A stretch of 44,083 nucleotides of DNA. Origin: a virus (lineage: Duplodnaviria > Caudoviricetes). Below are positions 17,253 through 27,426 of this stretch, in pieces (positions within the stretch are counted from its first letter, which is position 1; every line of letters starts with the position of its first letter). The translations under genes were made by a program, and so were the position numbers. Location of the stretch: IMG/VR virus record IMGVR_UViG_3300032261_000018, positions 1 through 44,083 of that record; one strand, 5' to 3'. Under the pieces are notes generated by a model. The model worked only from the letters and a program-made list of their open reading frames with translations, did no database searches and was not told the DNA's origin.

Positions 17253-18812
17253 CTACTGCTTGAGGGTCGCCCAGCCCGGGTTCTGCCCAGAGAGCGCGAG
17301 GTTGATCCAGCGCGTTGCCGACGCGGTGTCGCCCTGTTGGAGTGCGTTGTTGATCGTGTCCACGAACCACTTGTAGTGCGCGGGGCCGTAGTGGCTCGTG
17401 AGCGTGGACTGCTCGGTCGAGGAGAAGATCGGCCGCCCGCGATCCCCGCGTGCGTAGTACTGGTTCAAGATGCCCGGAATGGCCCCTGTAGGCACACCCG
17501 CGTTGGCGAGCTGTTGCATGTTCTGGCTATAGGACAGGCCGCCGGTTCCCCAGGTGCTTGAGTTCTGCGGGTCGAAGCTCCCGAGCTGCGTCGCGGGGAC
17601 GCGCTTGCCCGTCTTGGGATCGACGCCGTAGCCGTAGTAGCCCGTCTCGGCCGAGGTCTGTGCCTTGGGCATGATCTTCGCCACCTGCGCCGCCGACAGG
17701 CCGCCTGCGGCCGACCCCGGCCTACCCATGCGGTAGGCGGCGATGGGGATGGGCTGGCCCTTCTTGTCCAGGATCGGCTGCCCCTTGCGGTCAACGATGT
17801 AGCCCCAGGCCCGGGACGCCGAGTAGTCAACGCGCCCCATGTTGATGCCCATGATCTTGGCCTGGAGCATCATCTGCCGCATCTCGGGCAGGTTCGAGAG
17901 CGGGACTGGCTTGCCGTCGGAACCGAGGATCGGCCTGCCCAGGACATCGACCGCGTGCCCGACCGTCATCGACCGCTCCGGGTCGATCTGCCCCATCTGC
18001 CCGACGGCGGCGATGTTCTGGAGCTTCGCTCCCTGGATCGCGACGGCTCCTGCCTGGAGCTGCTGCTGCTGGCCCATCAGGCTCGACGCGAGTGCGATCC
18101 CCTGCCGCTGCGCGTCCTGGAGCTGGAAGAGGTACTGCTGCGCGTTCATCGGCTGCTGCGCGAGGATCTGGTTCATCGACTGCGCGCGCTGCTGGTTGAG
18201 GCCGTACATGGACTGCATGTACGAGGACTGCGCCTCCTGCGTCGCGCGGAGGTTCTGCGCGCCGATCTCGCCTGCCGCACCCGCGCGCGCGTAGCCCGCT
18301 GCGTTCACCAAGCCCTGACCGGGGAGCGTGGCTCCGTAGTACTGCTCGACGCCTGCCTGCGCCGGGCCTGCGAGGCTCAGGCTTCCGGCTGGCCCTCCCA
18401 CGGCGACTTGCCCGGCCCCGACGTTCCCGAGCGCGGCGTTCGCTTTCCCGACATCGGCCTGCCCTGCGCCGGACATCATGGCCGCGCCTGCTGCACCCAT
18501 GTTCGCGAGCGCATCGGCTCCGGCCTGGTACTGGCCCCCGACCTGCCCGATCAGCCCGGCGTTCATGGCGGCTGCTGCCCTGCCTGCGGCCGAGAACGCC
18601 TGCATCTGCCGCATCGCCTGCTGCTGCTGCATGTTGTAGTCGGAGAGGACGAGCTGGCGCTGGTACATGGTCTGCTGCTGCGCCATCTGGTTGGCCCGCG
18701 CCTGGATCTGGGCAGGCGTCTCCAGCATCCCTCCGGCCATCGAGAGCAGCGAGGGATAGGTCGGGACTGGGGCTGCCTTCGGAGGAACCGGAGGCCGCGC
18801 GACAATCGCCAC
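17253..18812 (-). CDS. internal virion/ejection protein (519 aa)
   Basis: Q/A/G-rich helical; podovirus gene order. Confidence 0.65.
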   Translation of the reverse strand: MAIVARPPVPPKAAPVPTYPSLLSMAGGMLETPAQIQARANQMAQQQTMYQRQLVLSDYNMQQQQAMRQMQAFSAAGRAAAAMNAGLIGQVGGQYQAGADALANMGAAGAAMMSGAGQADVGKANAALGNVGAGQVAVGGPAGSLSLAGPAQAGVEQYYGATLPGQGLVNAAGYARAGAAGEIGAQNLRATQEAQSSYMQSMYGLNQQRAQSMNQILAQQPMNAQQYLFQLQDAQRQGIALASSLMGQQQQLQAGAVAIQGAKLQNIAAVGQMGQIDPERSMTVGHAVDVLGRPILGSDGKPVPLSNLPEMRQMMLQAKIMGINMGRVDYSASRAWGYIVDRKGQPILDKKGQPIPIAAYRMGRPGSAAGGLSAAQVAKIMPKAQTSAETGYYGYGVDPKTGKRVPATQLGSFDPQNSSTWGTGGLSYSQNMQQLANAGVPTGAIPGILNQYYARGDRGRPIFSSTEQSTLTSHYGPAHYKWFVDTINNALQQGDTASATRWINLALSGQNPGWATLKQ

Positions 18813-18813
18813 G

Positions 18814-19800
18814 TCAGATCCCTATTCCGGGAACCTGCGAGATCGCGCCGCGCACTCCGTAGCCGGGGCCGTAGATCGGAGCGGGGAGCGGCGGCAGCGT
18901 CGGGTTGGGGTTGATCGGGTTGCCGAACTGGTCGTAGCCCGGGCCGTACGGGCTGTATCCACCACCCGCGCCCATCGCCCAGTACGTCTGCGCCGCTCGC
19001 GCCGCTGCGTCCGCGCGCGCCTGTGCGAGCTGCATCGCGTACTGGTTGTTCATGTCCGCGAGCTGCGTGAGTCCCTGCGCGCCGCCCTGGAGGAACTGGC
19101 GCAGCGCGTCGTAGCGACCCGACTCACCCTGGGCGAGGATGTCCTCGGTTGACTTCGCGAGCTGCCCCGAGCCGAGCAGTCCTCTGGCCGCGAGCGACGC
19201 CTGCATCTGGTTCTGGTTGGCCGTCTCCATCTGCTGAACCCGCGCCATCTGCGAGTACTTGTTCGCAGCGGCCTGCTGGATCGTGTTCGCGTCGATGTAC
19301 TTCCCGAAGGTTCCGAGCTGCTTCGGGTCGGTGACTCCGAGGTCGATGAGGTTCTGCCGGAGCTGGGTCTGGAAGTCGCCCTGCGCCCGCCCCATCTGCG
19401 AGTTCATCAGCGACTCCATCTCCTGCACGCCGTAGTCGCCGCCGATCAGGTTGGCCCAGTTCTGGCCGCCGACGTTGATCCCGTAGCCTGGTTGGGCTGG
19501 GCCTGGGCCGCCCGGCGCGCCGGGGCCGTAGACGGGATTGCCGCCGTAGTGAGGAGGAGCTGGCGGCAGCGGAGCTGCGCCCCAGGGAGTCGCGCCCGCC
19601 GGGTAGCCGCCGCCGGTCGGGAGTCGGTTCCAGCCCGTGTAGCCCGACATCGTGCCGAGGGGCGACTTCGGCAGCGTGGGCGGCGTCGGTGCGTAGCCGT
19701 ATGCCTGGTTGCCGCCGTAGCCGCCGCCGACGGGCAGAGGGTTCGCCGTGTAGCCGGGGATCCTCGTCGGGATAGGCGGCCTTATCAGCGAGACAGCCAC
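18814..19800 (-). CDS. internal virion/ejection protein (328 aa)
   Basis: P/G-rich ends, LAARGLLGSG motif typical of pilot/ejection proteins. Confidence 0.65.
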   Translation of the reverse strand: MAVSLIRPPIPTRIPGYTANPLPVGGGYGGNQAYGYAPTPPTLPKSPLGTMSGYTGWNRLPTGGGYPAGATPWGAAPLPPAPPHYGGNPVYGPGAPGGPGPAQPGYGINVGGQNWANLIGGDYGVQEMESLMNSQMGRAQGDFQTQLRQNLIDLGVTDPKQLGTFGKYIDANTIQQAAANKYSQMARVQQMETANQNQMQASLAARGLLGSGQLAKSTEDILAQGESGRYDALRQFLQGGAQGLTQLADMNNQYAMQLAQARADAAARAAQTYWAMGAGGGYSPYGPGYDQFGNPINPNPTLPPLPAPIYGPGYGVRGAISQVPGIGI

Positions 19801-19814
19801 GCCAGCAGTCTAAG

Positions 19815-20639
19815 TCAGCCGCCGGTCGTGATAACGAACATCACCCCGGCGAAGCTCCCGTGATCGGCCGCGTAGCCGCCGCTCGTCGGCCCGGCCAGAA
19901 CGTGCGTGTGCGTCGAAGACGTGTCGGTGTTCCCGGAGATGGAGTGGCTGTGCCCTCCCGCCGCGTTCGTCGAGCCTGCGTAGTTCGTGACCAGGTAGCG
20001 AGCCGAGCCGCCCGTGCCGAGCGCGGCCGTGACGCCGGAAGCCTCCGCGAAGAGGTCGGCCGGAGGCGTGTGCGAGTGATCGCCGACCGAGGACGTTGAC
20101 CCGGAGATGGCGTGCGAGTGCGCGCCGCCGCCGCCCGAAGTCTGGTTGATGTTGTGGTAGTGGTCTGCGCCGCCGCGTGAGCCGTAGGCCACGCCGTCCG
20201 TGACCGCGAGCGAGATGTGCCCACCCACGCCGTAGAGCGCGCGGTCGCGGAGATCGGGGAGGTTGAAGGTCGTGGATCCGTCGCCCGCGCCCCAGGTCGC
20301 GCCGATGGCGTTGAAGAGCGCGGGGTAGTCGGTGCGGACGCGGGTCGTCCCGTCGCAGGGCAGCGTGTCCGCCGGGACGGCTGCCGTTGCTGCGATGGCG
20401 AGGATGATCCCTGCCGGGAGCGACGTGAGCGTCCCTCCCCGGATGCCCGTGACCTGCGAGGCCGTGATCGTGATGCCGGACTGCTCGATGTAGTTCTTGA
20501 GCCACGTCCTGAACTCGACCGGGAAGTAGGTCGGATCGGAGAGCAGCTTGGCGACGAGCTGCTGTTCCTCCGCAGTCAGGCGAACACCGCCGCCAGCCGG
20601 AATGCCCCCGGGTGGCGTAGGCGGCGGGGTCGTGCTCAG
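19815..20639 (-). CDS. tail-collar-domain fibre protein (274 aa), apparent CTG start
   Basis: CDG...DYPALFNAIG.TWGAGDGSTTFNLPDLR, HxH repeats; frame open from the CTG at 20639 with an in-frame TAA two codons upstream. Confidence 0.8.
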   Translation of the reverse strand: MSTTPPPTPPGGIPAGGGVRLTAEEQQLVAKLLSDPTYFPVEFRTWLKNYIEQSGITITASQVTGIRGGTLTSLPAGIILAIAATAAVPADTLPCDGTTRVRTDYPALFNAIGATWGAGDGSTTFNLPDLRDRALYGVGGHISLAVTDGVAYGSRGGADHYHNINQTSGGGGAHSHAISGSTSSVGDHSHTPPADLFAEASGVTAALGTGGSARYLVTNYAGSTNAAGGHSHSISGNTDTSSTHTHVLAGPTSGGYAADHGSFAGVMFVITTGG

Positions 20640-22237
20640 CGTTTACCTCGATCCTGCGGCCAGGCATCGACGGCAATGTCGTACAGGCGCGAGAGGTAGA
20701 CCGGCGCGATCTGCGCGATGTCCACCTGCACGCCGTACCCACGCCGGTCGAGACGCAGGCGGTTGCGGACGTAGCGCGGGTAGGCAGGGACGTTGCCGAT
20801 GGACTGCGGCGCGAGGTTCGGGTGCGGCGAGACGCGGGTGCCGATCTGGTACACGTCGGCCTTGTTCTGCGTCTGCGCCTGCGTGACGTGCGACATGTAG
20901 ATGTGCCGCAGGCGCTTCACGCCCTCGGGGCCGAGCTTGATCCAGCCGGTGCGGATGTGAACCAGGACTGCCTGCCCGTTCCCGTCGTAGGCGTCCGGCG
21001 CGGTCGGCGTGCCCCCTACGTCGGGGTCGTACTCGTACGGCCCGAAGAACATCGGCGAGAGCTTGATGAGCTGCGCGTTCCCCAGGCCCGCCACCGACGT
21101 ATCTGGCCCCCACCACACTTCCTCGACCCCGATCTCGGAGGAGATGTAGCAGGTGGCGTTGACGTTTCGGAAGCGATACCAGGAGCGGTCAACGAGGTCG
21201 CAGATGAGCGTCAGCGGCTTCTGCTCGTCCGGGGTTCCGGCCGACCACGTAGGCAGCAGCGTCACCAGCAGGAGGTCGCGGAAGACGGCTGCGTGTACCT
21301 GCGTCCCGGACGCCTTGTTCGAGTAGGCCGTACGCCAGAGGCTTGCGATGCCGCCCTGGTCGGTGAGCGAGCGGATGGTCGCGCCGTCGGTCAGGTAGAC
21401 GCCGTGCGGGTTTGCGAAGCAGACGTTCTCCTGCCAGGCGACGATGCTGGCCGGATCCGAGCAGCCGATCTGCGAGGAGAGCATGTCGATGTAGAAGTCC
21501 GAGTCCACGCCGGTCGCTGGCGGGATCGAGCCTCGGATGCGCTCGATGGAGCCGTCGTGGAAGCAGAGGATCATCGCGGCCATCGGGAAGATGCCGGTGA
21601 TCGCGCGCGTCGTCCCGACGAGCGACTTCACGTCCCACTGGGAGAGCGGCCCCACGTTCGGCGCGGTGCCCTGCGTCTCCAGCGGCGAGAAGAAGACGTA
21701 GGACTGGTCAACGGGGATCGCCACCCCGTCCACGATCCCGCCCGAGGTCTTCACGCCCGCCACCAGCAGGCGCTCCTTGTACGCGCCCAGAAGGCTCCCG
21801 TGCGGGGCCGACGTGTGGCAGTTCGTGACCGCGAGCGTGCCGCCTACGTCGGTGACGACCTTGGGCACCACCGCCCCCAGGGCGTCGGCGAAGTAGACGC
21901 GATCTCGCAGGAGGACGCCGTTCTGGAGCGAGCTGGCGAAGATCGCAGCGAGGTTGGTCGCGGCCCCGGTCGCGACGTTCACGTCGTACAGGTTCCCGCC
22001 CGCACCTACGAGCAGCCGCGTTCCGGCGCGGAAGGCGGCGTGCTTGCCGCCCCAGGCCGGGCCTGCGAAGGCCGGGGTCGAGAAGTACGACCACGCTGCC
22101 CTGCTCTCCAGCTTCGCGCCCCTGCGGTCAGGGATGTAGTCCGCGAGATCCCAGACGAAGCCCATAGGCATGTTCGAGATGTCGTGGTCGCGGGAGAAGC
22201 CGCGTACGAGCGGCAGGATGGAGACGGGTGCGGTCAA
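20636..22237 (-). CDS. tail nozzle/packaged-DNA stabilisation protein (533 aa)
   Basis: TTGA overlap start; beta-propeller-like composition; follows the adaptor. Confidence 0.7.
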   Translation of the reverse strand: MTAPVSILPLVRGFSRDHDISNMPMGFVWDLADYIPDRRGAKLESRAAWSYFSTPAFAGPAWGGKHAAFRAGTRLLVGAGGNLYDVNVATGAATNLAAIFASSLQNGVLLRDRVYFADALGAVVPKVVTDVGGTLAVTNCHTSAPHGSLLGAYKERLLVAGVKTSGGIVDGVAIPVDQSYVFFSPLETQGTAPNVGPLSQWDVKSLVGTTRAITGIFPMAAMILCFHDGSIERIRGSIPPATGVDSDFYIDMLSSQIGCSDPASIVAWQENVCFANPHGVYLTDGATIRSLTDQGGIASLWRTAYSNKASGTQVHAAVFRDLLLVTLLPTWSAGTPDEQKPLTLICDLVDRSWYRFRNVNATCYISSEIGVEEVWWGPDTSVAGLGNAQLIKLSPMFFGPYEYDPDVGGTPTAPDAYDGNGQAVLVHIRTGWIKLGPEGVKRLRHIYMSHVTQAQTQNKADVYQIGTRVSPHPNLAPQSIGNVPAYPRYVRNRLRLDRRGYGVQVDIAQIAPVYLSRLYDIAVDAWPQDRGKR

Positions 22238-22956
22238 TAGGCCCCGATGTACGACCCCGAGTCGGAGAGAACGCCCACGTCGTTCTCCAGGTTGCGCCTG
22301 CGGGCGGCCTGCGGGGTGACGCGCTTGGCGAGGATGCGCTTGATGCGCGCGATCTGCCCCTCGGTGCCGTCCTGCCCTTCGTACTGCTGACGCCATCGCT
22401 CGCCCTGCTGCGACCCCTCGTGCTGCACGTACTCGCCGCCCTTCCAGAGCGCGTACATGACGATGGCCGGGTGGAACTCGGGCGCAAGGCCACCGAGCGT
22501 CGCCGTCTGCGGATCGTCCGTGTCAGCGACCAGCGAGGTCGGGCGGAAGATCCCGTAGGCGTTGATCGCCTGCGCGGTCGTGGGGATCGGGCTGATCCAG
22601 AGCAGCGGCTCCTCGTAGGCGAAGCCCAGCTTGCCCTGGCCCTGCAAGGTGGTGATGTCCTCGCGCGAATACCGCTTGAGGAAGCCCGAAGCGGGCGGTG
22701 AATCCGGGCCTGGGGACGTGCCCAGGTTCGGGATCTGGACATCCACGAGCGCGAGGATCTGGTTCGACATGTCGTGGATGGGGGTGTTCGCCGTGAGCTG
22801 GAGGTTGATGACGCGCGTGTACGGGCGCGTGCGGACGAGGATGTCCACGATGCCTTCGTTCAGCCAGTTCTGGATGAGCGCGACCTCGTTGTTCCAGACG
22901 GCCTCCTCGGCTCCGAGGGTGTACTTCACGCGGTCTGTCATGTCCTTGAACTGCAT
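22234..22956 (-). CDS. head-tail adaptor (240 aa)
   Basis: WLNEG..DI and EFHPAIVMYAL motifs; gene order. Confidence 0.7.
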   Translation of the reverse strand: MQFKDMTDRVKYTLGAEEAVWNNEVALIQNWLNEGIVDILVRTRPYTRVINLQLTANTPIHDMSNQILALVDVQIPNLGTSPGPDSPPASGFLKRYSREDITTLQGQGKLGFAYEEPLLWISPIPTTAQAINAYGIFRPTSLVADTDDPQTATLGGLAPEFHPAIVMYALWKGGEYVQHEGSQQGERWRQQYEGQDGTEGQIARIKRILAKRVTPQAARRRNLENDVGVLSDSGSYIGAY

Positions 22957-23130
22957 CTACGCCTCCGCTTCTGCCTCTGCTGCTTTCTGCTCCTCATCCT
23001 GACGTGCAAGCTCATCGGCGTGCTCCTGCGCCGCCTCTCGCTCCTCGCCACGGAAGGTCGTGATCGCGTTCCCTGTCTCGGTGTCGATCACATCCACGAC
23101 CGTTCTCTCTTCCAGCTCGTATCGAGCCAC
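22957..23130 (-). CDS. small acidic protein (57 aa)
   Basis: AGGAGGAG SD, GTG. Confidence 0.7.
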   Translation of the reverse strand: MARYELEERTVVDVIDTETGNAITTFRGEEREAAQEHADELARQDEEQKAAEAEAEA

Positions 23131-23140
23131 GTCTCCTCCT

Positions 23141-24058
23141 TCATGTGATCGCGATGGGCACGAGCGAGATGTACCGTCGAAAGACCGAGCAGTTTGCCCC
23201 CATGTGGCGGTACTTCGCCACCACGGCATCGCTCGCCAGTCCGTCGAACTCGTACTCCCCGGCAGAGGAGACAATCGGCGGGTTCATCCCCGACGCAACC
23301 TGATAGCCGACCGCGAGGCTGTCGTTCGAGGGAGCGACAGTCGCGCCGATGGCAAAGCTCATCAGCGCGCCGTAGTTGTTGCCGCCACCCCCGAAGCCGA
23401 GCTGGATGCGGTAGTGCCCTGCGCGTGGGAGCGTGAACGAGGGGCCGACGGTCGCGGTGTCGCCGTAGGTCGCTGACGTGATTGACTCGCTCGTCTCGAC
23501 GCGGACGAGCTTGGGAGGGCCGCCGACGCAGATCCACTTGTTCGTTGCCTTCGCCGCGACGTACTTGAGATGCCACTGGTAGGTCGGGGCGGTGAGCGAG
23601 TCCGTGAAGATGATCTCCTGTCCGTCCGTGGGGGAGCCGGGGATGGCCGTGACGAGAGGAGGAGTGCCTCCTGCTGCCGCCGCCCACTTGATCCCTGCGG
23701 CCTGCGTCGAATCGGAGGTCAGGACTTGCCCGTCCGGCCCGACGCCCACGCGCGCCGGGGTCGAGGCCGCGCTCGCGGCGATCACGTCGCCCTTGGTCGT
23801 TACGAGCGAGCGCGCGATGTAGGTCGCGGAGAGATCGGGGAGATCGCCTGCCGCGATGGCCGCGAAGACGAGCGCGCCACCAGACCCCTTGAGCCACTGG
23901 CCGTTGACGACCGCAGGAACCGCAGGACGGCCGTCGAGGAGCACCAGCTCGGACTCGATGTTGTTCAGATTCGCGGCGTTGACCGGCGTCGTGCCATCTA
24001 TCCAGGTCGTGCGCGCGTATGCGAACTGCTCGGGGGCCGGAGGCGCAGGGACGCTCAT
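23141..24058 (-). CDS. tail fibre/spike-like protein (305 aa)
   Basis: [21 protein letters not shown]..., GQVLTSDS fibre motifs. Confidence 0.75.
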   Translation of the reverse strand: MSVPAPPAPEQFAYARTTWIDGTTPVNAANLNNIESELVLLDGRPAVPAVVNGQWLKGSGGALVFAAIAAGDLPDLSATYIARSLVTTKGDVIAASAASTPARVGVGPDGQVLTSDSTQAAGIKWAAAAGGTPPLVTAIPGSPTDGQEIIFTDSLTAPTYQWHLKYVAAKATNKWICVGGPPKLVRVETSESITSATYGDTATVGPSFTLPRAGHYRIQLGFGGGGNNYGALMSFAIGATVAPSNDSLAVGYQVASGMNPPIVSSAGEYEFDGLASDAVVAKYRHMGANCSVFRRYISLVPIAIT

Positions 24059-24076
24059 GGCGTCATTCTCCTCGGT

Positions 24077-24670
24077 CTACCGGACTACGGTCGGGGTGAG
24101 AAGCGGCGTCCCGTCCTGGGGCACATCCGGGGTGATGGTCACGCTCACCGACGCGCTCGGCGAGAGGGTGAGCGGCTGGGACACGTCCGGGGTGAGCGTC
24201 AACGACTGAGCGGCCGTGGGGACGAGGATGACGCTCGCGGGCGTCGTGGGAATAAGGATGACGACGCCCACGCCTGCCAGCGGCCACGCGGTCAGGATCA
24301 ACTTCGGGCGACCGAAGCTGAGGATGGCCGAGGTCTGAAGCGTCAGAGGCCGCGCGGTCAGGATGAGCTTCGGCCGACCGAAGCTCAGCCCGATGAAGGG
24401 CAGGATGAGGAGCGGCCGGGCGCTGAGGATGAGCTTGGGCCGCCCGAGTGAGGGCGTCGTCGAGAGGCTCTTGGTGAGCTGCCTGGCGCTGAGGATGAGG
24501 ACAGGCCGGTTGAGGCCGAGCGTGATGATCGGCCCGGAGATGACCGTGAACGTGAGCGTGCGCGCGCTGAGGATCTCGACCGGACGACCGAAGGCCGTGT
24601 ACCACTGGCCGCAGACCGTGCCGTCGCCGCAGGTGAACTGCCCGCAGACGGGGGTGTGGACGACCCCCAT
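24077..24670 (-). CDS. structural protein with LxxGRPKLILxARP repeats (197 aa)
   Basis: About 5 imperfect repeats. Confidence 0.6.
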   Translation of the reverse strand: MGVVHTPVCGQFTCGDGTVCGQWYTAFGRPVEILSARTLTFTVISGPIITLGLNRPVLILSARQLTKSLSTTPSLGRPKLILSARPLLILPFIGLSFGRPKLILTARPLTLQTSAILSFGRPKLILTAWPLAGVGVVILIPTTPASVILVPTAAQSLTLTPDVSQPLTLSPSASVSVTITPDVPQDGTPLLTPTVVR

Positions 24671-24676
24671 GAGCGC

Positions 24677-25114
24677 CTAGACCGCTGGGCCTTGCGAGAT
24701 CGCGAGCACGTTCGTCGCCCAGTGAAGCTGGAAGGTGCCGTTCGAGATGTCCTGGAGCGCCCCGAAGTCGAGGAAGCCCCACAAGTACTGATCGGTCGTG
24801 CCCTGCTCGTAGATCACGCCGTAGCGTGTCTGGAAGGTTGCGCCCGGCCCCCAGGAGAGGTCGGCTGCCAGCAGGTTCATCTCGTGCGCCACCCCGTCGT
24901 AGGACGTGGACTTGCCGGTCAGCGCCTTCCCTCCGACCGTGTACCCGCCTCCTGCCGCCACTTCCTGCGGGGACACGTCCGAGTAGCGCAGGTGGTTCGA
25001 GAGGTCGGGGACGTACGTGCTCTTGAGCAGCGCCACCGACATGTTCTGTGGCACCCAGTAGCGCGAGATGAGGATGCCCCCGGCCTGGGCGTACCACTGG
25101 CTGCTCGTCGCCAT
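24677..25114 (-). CDS. phage structural protein (145 aa)
   Basis: EV..GGGYTVGGKAL..AADLSW motif common in virion proteins. Confidence 0.7.
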   Translation of the reverse strand: MATSSQWYAQAGGILISRYWVPQNMSVALLKSTYVPDLSNHLRYSDVSPQEVAAGGGYTVGGKALTGKSTSYDGVAHEMNLLAADLSWGPGATFQTRYGVIYEQGTTDQYLWGFLDFGALQDISNGTFQLHWATNVLAISQGPAV

Positions 25115-25504
25115 CTACTTGATCTTCTTCGGCACCGTCATCATCGGCCTCTTTCGGTGCTCCCGCTGTCGCAGGATGTCCAGCTCCTCTTCCACGTTGA
25201 AGCCTGCCAGGGGAGGCGGCTGTTGCCCTACGAAGTCGAGCTGCATCTGCCGCTGCTGCTCGGCGCGGATCGGGAAGCGGCAGAACTCGGCCTTGCAGAA
25301 CTCGGGGAACGCCTCGTCCTGGCGCTCCAGGCAGGCCGCGCAGCGGTAGCCCGCCCACAGCTCGCCCATCGCCTCGGGCGTGAGCGTGATCCGCGACTCT
25401 CCCATCACGCGCCCGTCCGGGAGATGGCGCACGCGCGTCGAGGGCTGGATGTCCTGCACGACTCCCCAGTCGTCAGGGTCGGGTGGCGTCCAGATCTTGC
25501 TCAT
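25115..25504 (-). CDS. hypothetical Zn-binding protein (129 aa)
   Basis: ATGA overlap; CAAC...C....C. Confidence 0.65.
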   Translation of the reverse strand: MSKIWTPPDPDDWGVVQDIQPSTRVRHLPDGRVMGESRITLTPEAMGELWAGYRCAACLERQDEAFPEFCKAEFCRFPIRAEQQRQMQLDFVGQQPPPLAGFNVEEELDILRQREHRKRPMMTVPKKIK

Positions 25505-26067
25505 GCCGTGATGACGTGCCTGCGCTCGACCTCGATTGCCTGCTCCAGCGCCTCGATGATCTCGGCGCGCTTGAGTCCGAAGACCTGCTCGTAGTAGAGC
25601 GCGCTCTGGAGATCGTGCCCGTCCTCGATCAGCTTCACCACCAGCTCGACGGGCGTGCCCTCGAAGTCGTTGTAGCGCGGGTAGGGAGGGCCGATGGGTT
25701 CGGAGGCGACGAGGAGGATCTCGCTGGGGACGGAGTTCGCCCACTCGACCAACTGCTGCTCCACGAGCGCCTTCTCCTCGGACGACCAGTTCTGGGCCTG
25801 CGCGGCCTCGTCCGTGTCGAAGACGGAGAGGCGGTTGATCGGATCGGTGGGGACGGCTTCCCCCGAGTCCTGTGTGTTGCCGTGGAAGTTGAAGTGACGG
25901 AGCGCCTCGTTCATCTCGTTCTCGTAGATGAAGCTGCCGTCGCGGATCGTCTGGAAGTTCACGTACAGCCCCGGGGTCAGGACTTCGACACCGCCGTCAC
26001 CGAGTGCTCGCTGCCGCTGCGGGCGGATCTGCACTCCGTAGCCGGGGTACTGGGAGATGAAGCGCAT
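25501..26067 (-). CDS. hypothetical virion-module protein (188 aa)
   Basis: AAAGGAG SD; directly after the capsid gene. Confidence 0.75.
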   Translation of the reverse strand: MRFISQYPGYGVQIRPQRQRALGDGGVEVLTPGLYVNFQTIRDGSFIYENEMNEALRHFNFHGNTQDSGEAVPTDPINRLSVFDTDEAAQAQNWSSEEKALVEQQLVEWANSVPSEILLVASEPIGPPYPRYNDFEGTPVELVVKLIEDGHDLQSALYYEQVFGLKRAEIIEALEQAIEVERRHVITA

Positions 26068-26084
26068 GTCGCTCCTTTGGTCGA

Positions 26085-26112
26085 GGGGCGGGAATGCATG
26101 GGTTCCCGCCCC
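26085..26112 (-). terminator. Post-capsid hairpin
   Basis: GGGGCGGGAA-N8-TTCCCGCCCC just downstream of the capsid stop. Confidence 0.55.
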
Positions 26113-26124
26113 CCAACTCTACGA

Positions 26125-27291
26125 CTAGGCGATGCCGGTGATGACTCCGTGCGTGCGCTCCTGCGCGATCTCCCAGCCCTGCTCGGTGAGGTACTCAGCC
26201 GCCATCCTGTCCTCACCGTTCGGCTGTCGATCCGTCAGGAGCTTCGTGTCGGAGTCACGCAGCGGCCTGCGCTCGACGTTCGACATGTCGATGCAGAAGA
26301 GGAGGCCGTTGTACCCGTTCGCCCCCGACGGGTAGTTCGCCCACTCCTTCTTCACCACGACAGGGAGCTGATAGCCGAAGACGCCCGAGATCACGCCGTC
26401 CACCTGCACGCCGTGAATGTTGGTCGGCTCCGGCTTCCAGAATGCGCCCTGCCCGGAACGGTGGAACCTGCTGATGTAGTAGGCCCCGATGGTTCCGGTG
26501 AAGATCACCATGTCGGACGTTCCCTTCGAGAGCACGGTCGCCAGGAACAGGTCGAGGAAGTCCGAGGTCAGCTCGCCACCAGCGTTCTGGCGGTTGGTGA
26601 CGATGAACTCGTTGAGTCCCCCGGAGAAGCCCTGCGGATCCTGACCGGCGGTCAAGAACTGCCGCGTCCCGAAGAAGCCGTTGTGCTCGATCTCCCGCTT
26701 GTGCTCGACGGCCTTGCGAGCGGCTTCCTTTGCAGGCTCCTGTCCACCGTACAGCTCGATGTTGGTCGCCGTGCGCGAGAAGCTCCACGAGGAGCGGAAG
26801 ATCTGCGTGTAGTTGTAGCCGAGCACTCTCTGCGAGTACTTCGGCTGGGGCAGCGGTGCGCCCTGCGGATGCGCGGAGCCGGTGAACACGAGCTTGTCGC
26901 CTGCGTTCCCGGCCGCGTTGGTTCCGAACGGCGTCACGGTGATGACACCCGTGCCCGTGTTGACGGCGGTCACGAGGAACGCCTGGCCCGTCCGCATGTT
27001 GCGAACGGTGTCGTTCGGCTTGAGCGCGAAGGCGTCGGTCGCACCCGTGAGGGTGATCGTCGTCGCGCCTGCTGTGTACGCCGCCGCCGTATACACGTCG
27101 GAGACGTACGACTCCTCCAGCCAGTTGAACTTCTCGCGAGTCGCCTGGCGGGAGGGCATCCGCTGGGTCATGGTCGTGAACTGCGTCTGGTCTGGATCGA
27201 GCAGACGCATCTTGGGATCCATGTCGATGATCTTCTCGTCAGCGACGATCTCCTGCGTATCGACAAAGTTCCCGGCAGCGATCTCGGCCAT
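26125..27291 (-). CDS. major capsid protein (SU10/DUF5309-like, 388 aa)
   Basis: FNWLEE, NYTQIFR..SFSRT, EHKREIE..FFG, GGLNEFI. Confidence 0.85.
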   Translation of the reverse strand: MAEIAAGNFVDTQEIVADEKIIDMDPKMRLLDPDQTQFTTMTQRMPSRQATREKFNWLEESYVSDVYTAAAYTAGATTITLTGATDAFALKPNDTVRNMRTGQAFLVTAVNTGTGVITVTPFGTNAAGNAGDKLVFTGSAHPQGAPLPQPKYSQRVLGYNYTQIFRSSWSFSRTATNIELYGGQEPAKEAARKAVEHKREIEHNGFFGTRQFLTAGQDPQGFSGGLNEFIVTNRQNAGGELTSDFLDLFLATVLSKGTSDMVIFTGTIGAYYISRFHRSGQGAFWKPEPTNIHGVQVDGVISGVFGYQLPVVVKKEWANYPSGANGYNGLLFCIDMSNVERRPLRDSDTKLLTDRQPNGEDRMAAEYLTEQGWEIAQERTHGVITGIA

Positions 27292-27426
27292 GCCTACTCC
27301 TTGGAATCGGTGAGTGATCTACCGGCCCTTGGAGGAGTGCCGCTCAAAGCGGTTCCCGCGTGGCCCTACTGCTTCGTCCTACGGGTGCTGCGCGCGTGCC
27401 CGAAGTGAAGTTGTCCTGAGCCTAGC

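Noticed and set aside
19810-20742. Frameshifted or pseudogene tail-collar gene
   Set aside because: The collar domain and HxH repeats are in one uninterrupted frame; only the start codon is unusual
27292-27426. Possible structured capsid leader
   Set aside because: Only short stems, expected by chance at this GC content; no recognisable motif
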